Source: Alphaproteobacteria bacterium (GTDB lineage Bacteria > Pseudomonadota > Alphaproteobacteria > GCA-2746255). From it: a stretch of DNA of 64,000 nt. Numbering within the stretch: position 1 is the stretch's first letter; each line of letters begins with the position of its first letter. Position numbers and translations under genes: made by a program. The stretch is from positions 1,472,001-1,536,000 of the forward strand of contig OZ252220.1 of NCBI GenBank assembly GCA_965249135.1, written 5' to 3'. Below the pieces are notes generated by a model. That model was not told the DNA's origin. It made no database searches and was given only the letters and a program-made list of their open reading frames with translations. Of the stretch, positions 50,871 through 59,446 are shown one piece after another.

Positions 50871-53519
50871 CTATTCGTCGAGCGCCGTCTTCAGGCGGTA
50901 GAGGAGCTCGAGCGCCGCCTTCGGCGTCAGCTCATCGGGGCGTGTCTCGCGAAGCAGGGCCTCGACGGGCGAGGCCTGCGAAGGCGGGGCCGGCGTTCCC
51001 TCAGTCCGGAAAAGCGGCAGATCGTCCGCCAGCCGCGAGAGCGTGCTCTTTCCCTCGCCCGCTTCGAGGGTCGAAAGAATTTCCTCGGCGCGCCGGACGA
51101 CCGCCACCGGCAGGCCGGCGAGCCGACCCACATGGATCCCGTAGGAACGATCCGCAGCCCCGCTCGTTACTTCGTGCAGGAAGACGATTTCGTCCTGCCA
51201 CTCTTTGATCCGCATCGTGTGACAGGAAAGCTTCGCAAGCTTCGCGGCAAGGGCCGTGAGTTCGTGGTAGTGGGTGGCGAAAAGGGTGCGCGCATGGTTC
51301 ACCTCATGGAGGTGTTCGATCGACGCCCAGGCGATCGAAAGCCCATCGTAAGTTGCCGTGCCGCGTCCGATTTCATCCAGAATGACCAAGGAACGCGGCC
51401 CCGCCTGATGGAGAATCACCGCCGTTTCGACCATCTCCACCATGAAGGTCGAGCGCCCCCGGGCCAGATCGTCCGCCGCCCCCACCCGGCTGAACAATCG
51501 ATCGACGACGCCGATGCGGACCGCCGTCGCCGGTACAAAGGATCCCATCTGGGCAAGGATGGCGATCAGCGCGTTCTAACGAAGGAAGGTGCTCTTGCCC
51601 GCCATGTTCGGCCCGGTGACCAGCCACAGATGTTGGTCTTCGCCAAGGTCGCAATCGTTCGCGACGAAGGCGGCTTCGTGATCGCGCGCAAGCGCCTGTT
51701 CGACGACCGGATGACGGCCGCCCGTAATTTCGAAGGCGAGACTTTCTTCGACAAGCGGACGAACGTAGCGGCGCGTGACGGCAAGTTCTGCAAGGGCCGA
51801 GGCAACATCGCACTCGGCCAATGCGGCAGCCGTGGTGGCAATGCCGTCGGCGCGACGCCCGACGTCCGCGACGAGGGATTCGAAGAGCGCGCCCTCCAAC
51901 GCCAAGGCCCGCTCGGCGGCCTGGCGGATGCGGTTCTCCAGTTCCGAGAGCTCGACCGTCGTGAAGCGGCCAGCGGATGCCATCGTCTGTCGATGGAGAA
52001 AGCCGCTCTCCGGCAAGGACAGCTTCGTCGCATGGGCCGTCGTCGCCTCGATGTAGTAGCCCAGCAGGTTGTTGTGACGGATCTTCAGGGAGGCAATCCC
52101 GGTTTCCTTCCGATAGCGGCTCTCGAGATTGGCGATCAGGCGGCGGCTTTCGTCGCGGAGCATCAGGGTTTCATCGAGTTCCGGCGAATAGCCGGGCGCG
52201 ATGAAGCCGCCCTCGCGCGTAAGCGTCGGCAGTTCCGCCCTCAAGGCCCGCGTAAGCTCGTCGACGAGATCGCCATGGGCACCAAGGCCGGCGAGTTGAT
52301 CGGCAACGCCGTCCGGCAGGATGCCGAGGCCTTCGTCGGAAAGGGCGTCGCGCAGGTCCTGGGTCAAGGCCAGCGCATCGCGAACGCCCGCCAAATCCCT
52401 CGGACTTCCGCGCCCAAGCGTCAGTCGCGAGAGCGCACGTTCGAGGTCCGGCGAACCCTTCAGGATCGTGCGCATGCGCTCGCGGCATTTCGGGTTCTCG
52501 AAGAAGAATTGGACCATGTCGAGGCGGCGGGTGATGGCCGCCACTTCCGTGAGCGGCGAAGAAAGACGAAGTGCTAGAAGCCTGGCCCCCGCGCCCGTCA
52601 CCGTCGCATCGATCGTATTCAGCAAAGAACCCTTTCTGCTTCCCGTCTGGCTCCGGGCAAGCTCGAGGTTGCGCCGCGTCGCCACGTCGATCTCAAGCAT
52701 GACGTTCGAGCGAAGTCGCCTGGGCGGCGCCAATCGCGGCAGATGTCCCTTCTGGGTCAGCTCGATATAGTCGATGAGGGCGCCGCAGGCGGCGGCCTCG
52801 GCCCGCAAAAAATTGCCGGAGCCCTCCAGCGCCCGCGCCCCAAAGACGACTTCAAGCCGGCGCTTCGCACTCGCGCTGTCGAAACGCGCCGATGGCAATG
52901 GAGAAAGCTCGGCCCGGGAATCGCGCAACGCGTCTTCGAGCCCGGACCGATCGAACAGGTGATCGGAAAGCAGCACCTCGCCTGGGTCGATCCGGGCGAG
53001 CACGGTCGGAAGCCGTTTCATCGTCGTCGCCTGCACATGAAAATCACCGGTCGACATGTCGAGCCAGGCGACGGCGAGTTCGTTCTCGGCTTCCGCAAGA
53101 GCGGCGAGGAAGTTGTGGTCCCGCACATCCAGCAGGGCGTCTTCCGTCAACGTGCCTTGCGTCACCAGCCGGATGACGTCCCGGCGAACGAGTGTCTTCG
53201 AGCCGCGCTTCTTGGCTTCGCCCGGGTCCTCGACCTGCTCGCAGACGGCGACCTTGAAGCCCTTCCGGATCAGTCTGGAGAGGTAATTGTCCGCCGCATG
53301 CACGGGCACCCCGCACATCGGGATGTCGTCGCCCCGATGCTTGCCCCGTTTCGTGAGCGTGATATCAAGGGCCTCCGACGCCTTCACGGCATCGTCGAAG
53401 AAGAGTTCGTAGAAATCGCCCATCCGGTAGAAGAGGAGGTAGTCCGGATGGGCCTCCTTGATGGTCAGGTACTGGGCGACCATCGGGGTCACCGAAGGGG
53501 CGGATTTCGATTGGCCCAT
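50871..53519 (-). pseudogene. mutS: DNA mismatch repair protein MutS interrupted by an in-frame TAG (51576-51578)
   Basis: [30 protein letters not shown]-stop, then in the same frame [40 protein letters not shown]; 882 aa if read through. Confidence 0.88.
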
Positions 53520-53805
53520 AGGCGAAGGGGGTTCCTCCCACTCCCAATTGCCCGGCGGCTTTCACGCCAGGAACAGGTGGCAAAGAAATCGAATCTAACA
53601 CATACCCCAAGGTACCGGCCACGCCACCGCAGGCGGCGGCGGGCCCGAGCAAAGGCCTTGTTTTGCGCCGAAATCACCCCTGCTGCCCGGGGGACCGTCT
53701 TGCCGGTTGGCTTTGACGGCACCCGCCCACATCCCTACGATCACGGGAATCCGTCGGCGTTCAAGCGGGAAAGGGCCAGCGGAGATAAGGATTGCGCGAG
53801 CGAAG

Positions 53806-56067
53806 ATGGCAGACGACACGAACAAGGTAACCGACCAGGAAGCGCTACTTTTCCATTCGAGCGGCCGGCCCGGCAAGATCGAGATCAAGCCGACGAAACC
53901 GCTGACGACCCAGCGGGACCTGTCGCTTGCCTATTCGCCAGGCGTCGCCGTGCCGTGCGAGCGGATCGCCGAAGACCCCTCGCTTATCTACGACTACACG
54001 GCGAAAGGGAATCTCGTCGCCGTCATCTCGAACGGTAGCGCCGTGCTTGGCCTCGGCAACCTTGGCGCGAGCGCCTCGAAACCGGTTATGGAGGGCAAGG
54101 CGGTTCTTTTCAAACGCTTCGCCGACGTCGACAGCATCGACCTCGAGGTCGACACCCAAGACGTGGACGAATTCGTCAATTGCGTCCGCTTTCTTAGCCC
54201 CAGCTTCGGCGGCATCAACCTCGAAGACATTCGCGCGCCGGAATGCTTTGTCATCGAGCAGCGTCTGCGCGAGTTGATGGACATTCCGGTTTTCCACGAC
54301 GACCAGCACGGGACGGCGATCATTTCCTCCGCCGGGCTTTTGAACGCACTGAACCTGACGGGGCGCCGGATCGAAGACATCAAGATGGTCGTGAACGGAG
54401 CGGGCGCGGCCGGTATCGCCTGTCTCGAACTGGTGAAGGCGATGGGCGCGCGCCCAGAAAACATCATCCTGTGCGATACGAAGGGCGTCATCTATCGCGA
54501 GCGTGAAGCGGGCATGAACCAGTGGAAATCCGCCCATGCCGTCGACACGGAGGCGCGCACGCTGACGGACGCGATGAAGGGTGCCGACGTTTTCTTTGGC
54601 CTTTCCGTCAAGGGCGCCGTCGACGCTAACATGGTCGCCAGCATGGCCGATAAACCAATCCTCTTCGTGATGGCGAACCCGGACCCGGAGATCTCGCCGG
54701 AGGAAATCAATGCCATCCGGGACGATGCCATCGTCGCCACCGGGCGTTCGGACTATCCGAACCAGGTGAACAACGTTTTGGGTTTCCCCTACATCTTCCG
54801 TGGCGCGCTGGATGTCCGCGCCTCGACGATCAACGACGAGATGAAGATCGCCGCGGCACGGGCGCTAGCCAGCCTGGCCCGCGAGGACGTTCCCGACGAG
54901 GTCACCGCGGCCTATGCCGGCCAGCGCCTACAATACGGGCCCGACTACATCATCCCGGCGCCTTTCGACCCGCGCCTCATCTCGGCCGTGCCGGTCGCCG
55001 TCGCCGAAGCCGCGATGGAATCCGGCGTCGCCCGCAAGCCGATCATCGACATGGACGGCTACCGCCGGGAGCTTGCCTCGCGCCTCGACCCGACGACGGC
55101 GAGCCTCCAGCTCATCTTCGAGCGCGTCCGGCACAACCCCCGCCGCATCGTCTTCGCCGAAGGCGAGGAAGAAAAAGTGATCCGGGCCGCCATCGCGTTT
55201 CGCAGCGCCGGCTACGGCACGCCGGTCCTCATCGGCCGCGACCATCTGATCACGGAAGCGATGGAGCAGCTTGGTTTTAACGATACGGACTCCCTTGAGA
55301 TCCACAACGCCCGCCTCAGCAAGCACAACAAGCGCTATACGGAATACGTCTATGAGCGGTTGCAACGGGACGGCGTGCTCTACCGCGACTGCCAGCGGAT
55401 GGTAAACCAGGACCGCAACGTGTTTGCCGCCTGCATGGTCGCCCTTGGCGAGGCGGACGCGATGGTGACCGGGCTCACCCGGAGCTACACCGTCTCCTAT
55501 AAGGAGATCATGCGCGTGCTGGATTCGAAGCCGGACACACCGGTGTTCGGACTTTCCGTCGTCGTCGCACCCCACCGCACCGTCTTCCTTGCCGACACGA
55601 CCGTTCATGAAACTCCGACAGCGGAAATGCTTGCGGACATCGCCGTCCAGGCGGCGAAAAGCGCACGGGTGTGGGGGCATGAACCGCGGGTCGCCATGAT
55701 CTCGTTCATGAATTTCGGAAACCGCAAGGCAGATGGGGCAAACCGGGTGCGCGATGCGATTCGCGCGCTTGACCGGCGCAACGTCGATTTCGAGTATGAC
55801 GGGGAAATGGCCCCGGACGTAGCCCTTAACCCGGAACTCAGGAAGCTCTATCCCTTCTGCAATCTTTCCGATTCGGCAAACGTGCTTGTCATGCCGGATC
55901 TTGCGAGCGCCAACATCGCGTCGAAACTGGTTCAGGAACTTGGCGAAGTCACGGTGATCGGCCCGATCCTGTCAGGATTGTCGAAGCCCGCGCAGATCGC
56001 CCACATGGGAGCGACGGTTTCCGATATCGTGAACCTGGCGGCGTTGGCCGCCCACGCCGCCGAATAA
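53806..56067 (+). CDS. maeB: NADP-dependent malic enzyme with PTA-like domain
   Basis: DLSLAYSPGVA, KPVMEGK, INLEDI, FHDDQHGT, GRSDYPNQVNN, RIVFAEGEE. Confidence 0.95.
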   Translation: MADDTNKVTDQEALLFHSSGRPGKIEIKPTKPLTTQRDLSLAYSPGVAVPCERIAEDPSLIYDYTAKGNLVAVISNGSAVLGLGNLGASASKPVMEGKAVLFKRFADVDSIDLEVDTQDVDEFVNCVRFLSPSFGGINLEDIRAPECFVIEQRLRELMDIPVFHDDQHGTAIISSAGLLNALNLTGRRIEDIKMVVNGAGAAGIACLELVKAMGARPENIILCDTKGVIYREREAGMNQWKSAHAVDTEARTLTDAMKGADVFFGLSVKGAVDANMVASMADKPILFVMANPDPEISPEEINAIRDDAIVATGRSDYPNQVNNVLGFPYIFRGALDVRASTINDEMKIAAARALASLAREDVPDEVTAAYAGQRLQYGPDYIIPAPFDPRLISAVPVAVAEAAMESGVARKPIIDMDGYRRELASRLDPTTASLQLIFERVRHNPRRIVFAEGEEEKVIRAAIAFRSAGYGTPVLIGRDHLITEAMEQLGFNDTDSLEIHNARLSKHNKRYTEYVYERLQRDGVLYRDCQRMVNQDRNVFAACMVALGEADAMVTGLTRSYTVSYKEIMRVLDSKPDTPVFGLSVVVAPHRTVFLADTTVHETPTAEMLADIAVQAAKSARVWGHEPRVAMISFMNFGNRKADGANRVRDAIRALDRRNVDFEYDGEMAPDVALNPELRKLYPFCNLSDSANVLVMPDLASANIASKLVQELGEVTVIGPILSGLSKPAQIAHMGATVSDIVNLAALAAHAAE

Positions 56068-56146
56068 ACGGGGGCTGAACCACCACCTTCGCCTCACCGT
56101 CTCAGGCACGGTTTTAAGCCGAGCCATATATAGTAAGAGGACCCGA

Positions 56147-57556
56147 ATGCCCGAGCGTGGTCAGCCCCGAACCATTCCCAAGCGTTGGTTCCTCCTGTGG
56201 GCGGCCGTCGTGGCACCCGGCGTCGGCGTGCTGGCGCTGCTGGTCCTGTTTAGCCAGGCCACGCTGTGGCCGGCGATCCTTGGCGGGACGCTGGGCGCCG
56301 TCGCGCTTTTCTTCATCGTTCGCGCCTATCTCGCCGATTTCGATGCGGTCATCGCCTATATCGGCGATCTGGCCCGGGGCGGAAAGCCGCCGACGCCGGA
56401 AGTTCGCGGGCATAGCGCATCGGATGAAATTCTTTCCGTGATCGAGGCGCTCAACCGATCGCAGATCCGGCGAACGGCGGAACTTGAAACGCTCGCCGAA
56501 GCAAACGTCACCATCCTCGACAGCATCCCCGATCCGTTACTTCTGCTCGACGGCGCGCGGCGGATCCGTCAGGCGAACCGGGCGGCGCGCGCGTTGGTGA
56601 CGGCAAATCCAATCGGTCAGGATCTCGCCGCCGTCATTCGCGATCCGGTGCTTCTCGAGGAAGTCGACGTCGCACTCGAAACCCGGTCGGATCGCGAGGC
56701 CCAGTTCACGTTTCCCTATCCCCGCCCGCAGCACTTCCTGGTTCGCATCATCCCGCTTGCGAAACCAGCCAAGGATGGCACGGCATTGATCGTCAGCCTC
56801 CACGATCTTACGGCGGTGAAGCAGTTGGAACAGACGCGCGTCGACTTCATCGCGAATGTGAGCCACGAACTCCGCACGCCGCTTTCCACGCTCGTCGGTT
56901 TCATCGAGACCCTCCAGGGGCCCGCAAAGGATGACCCGAAAGCGCGCGCGCACTTCTTGGAAATCATGGATGGTCAGACGAAACGGATGGTGCGGTTGGT
57001 CGAAGACCTGCTCTCCCTTTCCCGGATCGAGCTTAGCGAACATCTCTTGCCCCCCGGCACGGTTCCGATCGGCGATGTGCTGAAGACGTTACGTGACATG
57101 CTTGCGCTCGAGGCGAAATCCCAAGGCATGACGATCGAGCTCGAATTGGCGGCAGACCTGCCGGAGATCCCCGGCGACCGGGACGAGCTGACCCAGCTCT
57201 TTCAGAACCTCATCGACAACGCCATCAAATATGGCGGCGCCGACACGGTGATCCGGATCGCGGCAAGAAAGGTGGCGCGTCCAACTGTGAGCGGCCTTCC
57301 CGGACCGGTCCTTAGCGTGGCGGTGCGGGACGAAGGCGAGGGGATCGCGCCGGAGCATCTCTCGCGGCTGACGGAGCGTTTCTACCGCATCGACCGGGCG
57401 CGTTCGCGGGAGCTTGGAGGCACCGGGCTGGGCCTGGCCATCGTGAAACACATCGTGAACCGCCACCGGGGCAGGCTAACGATCGAAAGCACCCTTGGAA
57501 CGGGCAGCATCTTCACGGTCTTCCTGCCTTTGGAGGCGGAAGCGGTACAGTCCTAA
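56147..57556 (+). CDS. phoR: Phosphate regulon sensor kinase PhoR (last residues VQS and stop supplied by the IS)
   Basis: 2 TM helices, PAS, DFIANVSHELRTPL, NLIDNAIKY, RLTERFYRID..RSR..GGTGLGLAIVKH; upstream of pstSCA. Confidence 0.9.
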   Translation: MPERGQPRTIPKRWFLLWAAVVAPGVGVLALLVLFSQATLWPAILGGTLGAVALFFIVRAYLADFDAVIAYIGDLARGGKPPTPEVRGHSASDEILSVIEALNRSQIRRTAELETLAEANVTILDSIPDPLLLLDGARRIRQANRAARALVTANPIGQDLAAVIRDPVLLEEVDVALETRSDREAQFTFPYPRPQHFLVRIIPLAKPAKDGTALIVSLHDLTAVKQLEQTRVDFIANVSHELRTPLSTLVGFIETLQGPAKDDPKARAHFLEIMDGQTKRMVRLVEDLLSLSRIELSEHLLPPGTVPIGDVLKTLRDMLALEAKSQGMTIELELAADLPEIPGDRDELTQLFQNLIDNAIKYGGADTVIRIAARKVARPTVSGLPGPVLSVAVRDEGEGIAPEHLSRLTERFYRIDRARSRELGGTGLGLAIVKHIVNRHRGRLTIESTLGTGSIFTVFLPLEAEAVQS

Positions 57557-57637
57557 TTTGGGATGAAGTGTCCTAAATACGTGCATGGAGTGTCCAAAAT
57601 TAACCGAACACTAACCCAGCCGAGGCATTAATGAATT

Positions 57638-57919
57638 ATGGAATCCAAGACTGATATGCGCGCCGATCTAGAGCGGGTTCTAGCCTGGGCCAACGAAAAG
57701 CTTGCTGCGGGACAGGAGCCCCCGTGGGCTTGGTATCAGTACATGAAGCTGCGCGAGACGCTTGAGGCCATCTTGGCGGGGATGGATGCCGTTACCACGG
57801 AGGGTTCACCTCAATCGGCTGAACATTTGGAAAAGCATCTCCGGCTAGTGGCAGATACCGATCCGCAAGATAGCGCTCCACGCCGTCCCGCTGGGCTGCC
57901 GACACGGCTGCCCATGTGA
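57638..57919 (+). CDS. Hypothetical protein overlapping the next gene tail-to-tail
   Basis: Protein-like amphipathic N-half LERVLAWANEKLAAGQEPPWAWYQYMKLRETLEAILAGM; 128-bp antisense overlap. Confidence 0.55.
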   Translation: MESKTDMRADLERVLAWANEKLAAGQEPPWAWYQYMKLRETLEAILAGMDAVTTEGSPQSAEHLEKHLRLVADTDPQDSAPRRPAGLPTRLPM

Positions 57920-58142
57920 CGTGAAGGACTCCCCGCTTTGCATAAGCAAGAATTTTTGGATCGGCACGGTGTTGGGCCAACCGGCCGGCAACATCTCCCT
58001 GTCCCAAACGAACGACGCGGTCAGGATCGCCTTCATGCCAGATGATGTAAACACCAGCCGTTTTCATATTTAGATTCAGGCGCTCAAACAAACACCAGTG
58101 GCCGTCATCGCCACATTTTATCCATTTAACTGTCAGCATCAT
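57792..58142 (-). CDS. Small GIY-YIG-like protein (degenerate nuclease fold)
   Basis: AGVYIIW...VVRLGQG...GRLAQH...VERYL..YLP follows GIY-YIG motif order; second Tyr replaced by Arg and terminal Asn not evident. Confidence 0.65.
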   Translation of the reverse strand: MMLTVKWIKCGDDGHWCLFERLNLNMKTAGVYIIWHEGDPDRVVRLGQGDVAGRLAQHRADPKILAYAKRGVLHVTWAAVSAAQRDGVERYLADRYLPLAGDAFPNVQPIEVNPPW

Positions 58143-58947
58143 TCGATTCCTTCATTCCCGTAGTTGACGGCTGCCCCTTCTCGCCGTCCCGATAGACAAG
58201 CTCAAAGCTGTTTTCCAGAATACCGAGCCAGAGCTTGCGTTCGGACTTCGGCCATGTGTCGCCGGACTTGGGGAGCCGATTAATAAGCCCCCGAATAATG
58301 GGGTCTAAACTGAACTCATTGCCACCCCCGCCATTGTCGTGCGCGCCGGTCCCACTACCTTTATTATGGTTATCGGCTGGTGGCGTAACATGCCCCCCGC
58401 TTTTAGTGCCAGGCTGGACCAGTCGGTCCTTTCCGTTTTCATAAAAATTGGCTTCAGCGGCAGATCGTTCCAGTGTTTGCCGTGCGCGGGCCTTTTGCTT
58501 TTCAGCAACGCCAAAAGTCACCAAAGCGCGTTCTAGTTTTGCCGCTGGCGGGATTTGTTGACCACGCCAGTTTTCATAAACGCGCTTAAACAACGGGACA
58601 TTGAGGAACGCTTGAACTTTTGCTGCCCGCGCGTGGTGTTCATCAAGCGCTTTGGGCGCGAGATCCGATAGTCGGACGCCGGACGATTTGCCTGACTCGA
58701 TCAAACCAAACAGCCGCGTCGCCGACATGCGGGACCGATAACCGCTGCTCTTGGAACTGAGGTCAGTCCACGCCGCCACCTGATCATCGGTGCAATCGTC
58801 TGCCCCAGCGTTATTTGATATGGCACGGACAATCTTGAGGCATTCGCCCAAGTCAAAATATGGAAATTGAATAGACGATCGTTCGTAGTTGGAACCATCG
58901 CCCTGGTTGCCCTGTGCCGCTGCGTTGGCTTCCTCGTCACCATTCAT
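58126..58947 (-). CDS. Hypothetical protein, probable winged-helix DNA-binding domain(s) plus small C-terminal helical domain
   Basis: Likely start MNGDEE just downstream of a promoter; FPYFDL..CLKIVRAI...VAAW..SSGYRSRMSATRLFGLIE..VRLSDL; Gly/Asn-rich linker; LDPIIRGLINRLP..W...RKLWL. Fold is an inference. Confidence 0.75.
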   Translation of the reverse strand: MNGDEEANAAAQGNQGDGSNYERSSIQFPYFDLGECLKIVRAISNNAGADDCTDDQVAAWTDLSSKSSGYRSRMSATRLFGLIESGKSSGVRLSDLAPKALDEHHARAAKVQAFLNVPLFKRVYENWRGQQIPPAAKLERALVTFGVAEKQKARARQTLERSAAEANFYENGKDRLVQPGTKSGGHVTPPADNHNKGSGTGAHDNGGGGNEFSLDPIIRGLINRLPKSGDTWPKSERKLWLGILENSFELVYRDGEKGQPSTTGMKESNDADS

Positions 58948-58986
58948 GTGAACCACCCAATCCTTTCTTTTGGATTCAACGGGCAC

Positions 58987-59015
58987 ATTATGAGCGCGAC
59001 TGTCTGCGTCGTCAA
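58987..59015 (-). promoter_or_regulatory. Sigma70 promoter for the leftward cargo genes
   Basis: Minus strand TTGACG-N17-CATAAT. Confidence 0.75.
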
Positions 59016-59035
59016 GCAATATTTTGGATTCGAGG

Positions 59036-59064
59036 TTGACAGATGGATTCGCGGCAGACATAAT
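59036..59064 (+). promoter_or_regulatory. Sigma70 promoter for the small ORF / tRNA-like RNA / transposase side
   Basis: TTGACA-N17-CATAAT. Confidence 0.78.
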
Positions 59065-59092
59065 AGGCTCGCAACAACCGAGGAGACCTGCC

Positions 59093-59176
59093 ATGAGGAG
59101 GGTCGAGAGCCTCTGGCGACGTAGCCGACCAAAGGGGGCGAGGAAAAAGACAGGGGCCGTGCCTCTACCCCGCTAA
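59093..59176 (+). CDS. Candidate 27-aa basic peptide MRRVESLWRRSRPKGARKKTGAVPLPR
   Basis: GAGGAG RBS 7 nt before ATG, just downstream of the promoter; translation not demonstrated. Confidence 0.35.
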   Translation: MRRVESLWRRSRPKGARKKTGAVPLPR

Positions 59177-59212
59177 AGGTCTGGAACGGCCCCTTAATCG
59201 GCACTAACTGGG

Positions 59213-59283
59213 CCCCGGTTCGTCTAGTGGCAGGACCCCCTCTTTACAGGTCGGAGACCTACGTTCAAATCGTAGACCAGGGA
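59213..59283 (+). tRNA. tRNA-like cloverleaf, anticodon TAC (Val), degenerate anticodon stem, no encoded CCA
   Basis: Acceptor CCCCGGT/ACCAGGG (6/7), U8, D arm GTCT-AGTGGCA-GGAC, anticodon stem CCCTC/GTCGG (3/5) with loop TTTACAG, variable AGAC, T arm CTACG-TTCAAAT-CGTAG (5/5), discriminator A, then C and a T7 run. Confidence 0.72.
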
Positions 59284-59446
59284 CTTTTTTTAAACCGGGA
59301 ACCGATGGCTGTTGTAGCAGCCACCGGCCCTTGATCAAAAACCCAGGGATTTGGCCCCTGAGCCGTGACCGAGGAATATATAGCAGATTCAGAGCTGTAT
59401 TTCCACAATGGCATGGGCCTATCCCGAGCAAATAGGGATTGGTCCC

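Noticed and set aside
51576-51578. Genome-wide TAG-to-Gln recoding explaining the mutS stop
   Set aside because: TAG ends normal-length genes in this window (enoyl-CoA hydratase, irr, pnp), and no other gene has an internal TAG.
57550-57598. Mini CRISPR array from the GTCCTAA repeats
   Set aside because: Repeats are 7-8 bp with 13-15-bp gaps, there are no cas genes, and they are better explained as IS end motifs.
58948-59094. 49-aa N-terminal extension of the 322-aa ORF in the track
   Set aside because: It runs across both promoters; the ATG at 58947 fits the minus-strand promoter better.
59213-59283. The tRNA-like element as an amber suppressor for mutS or as an integration (att) site
   Set aside because: The anticodon is TAC, not CTA; it is internal to an IS with its own TSD, and there is no integrase or duplicated tRNA 3' end.
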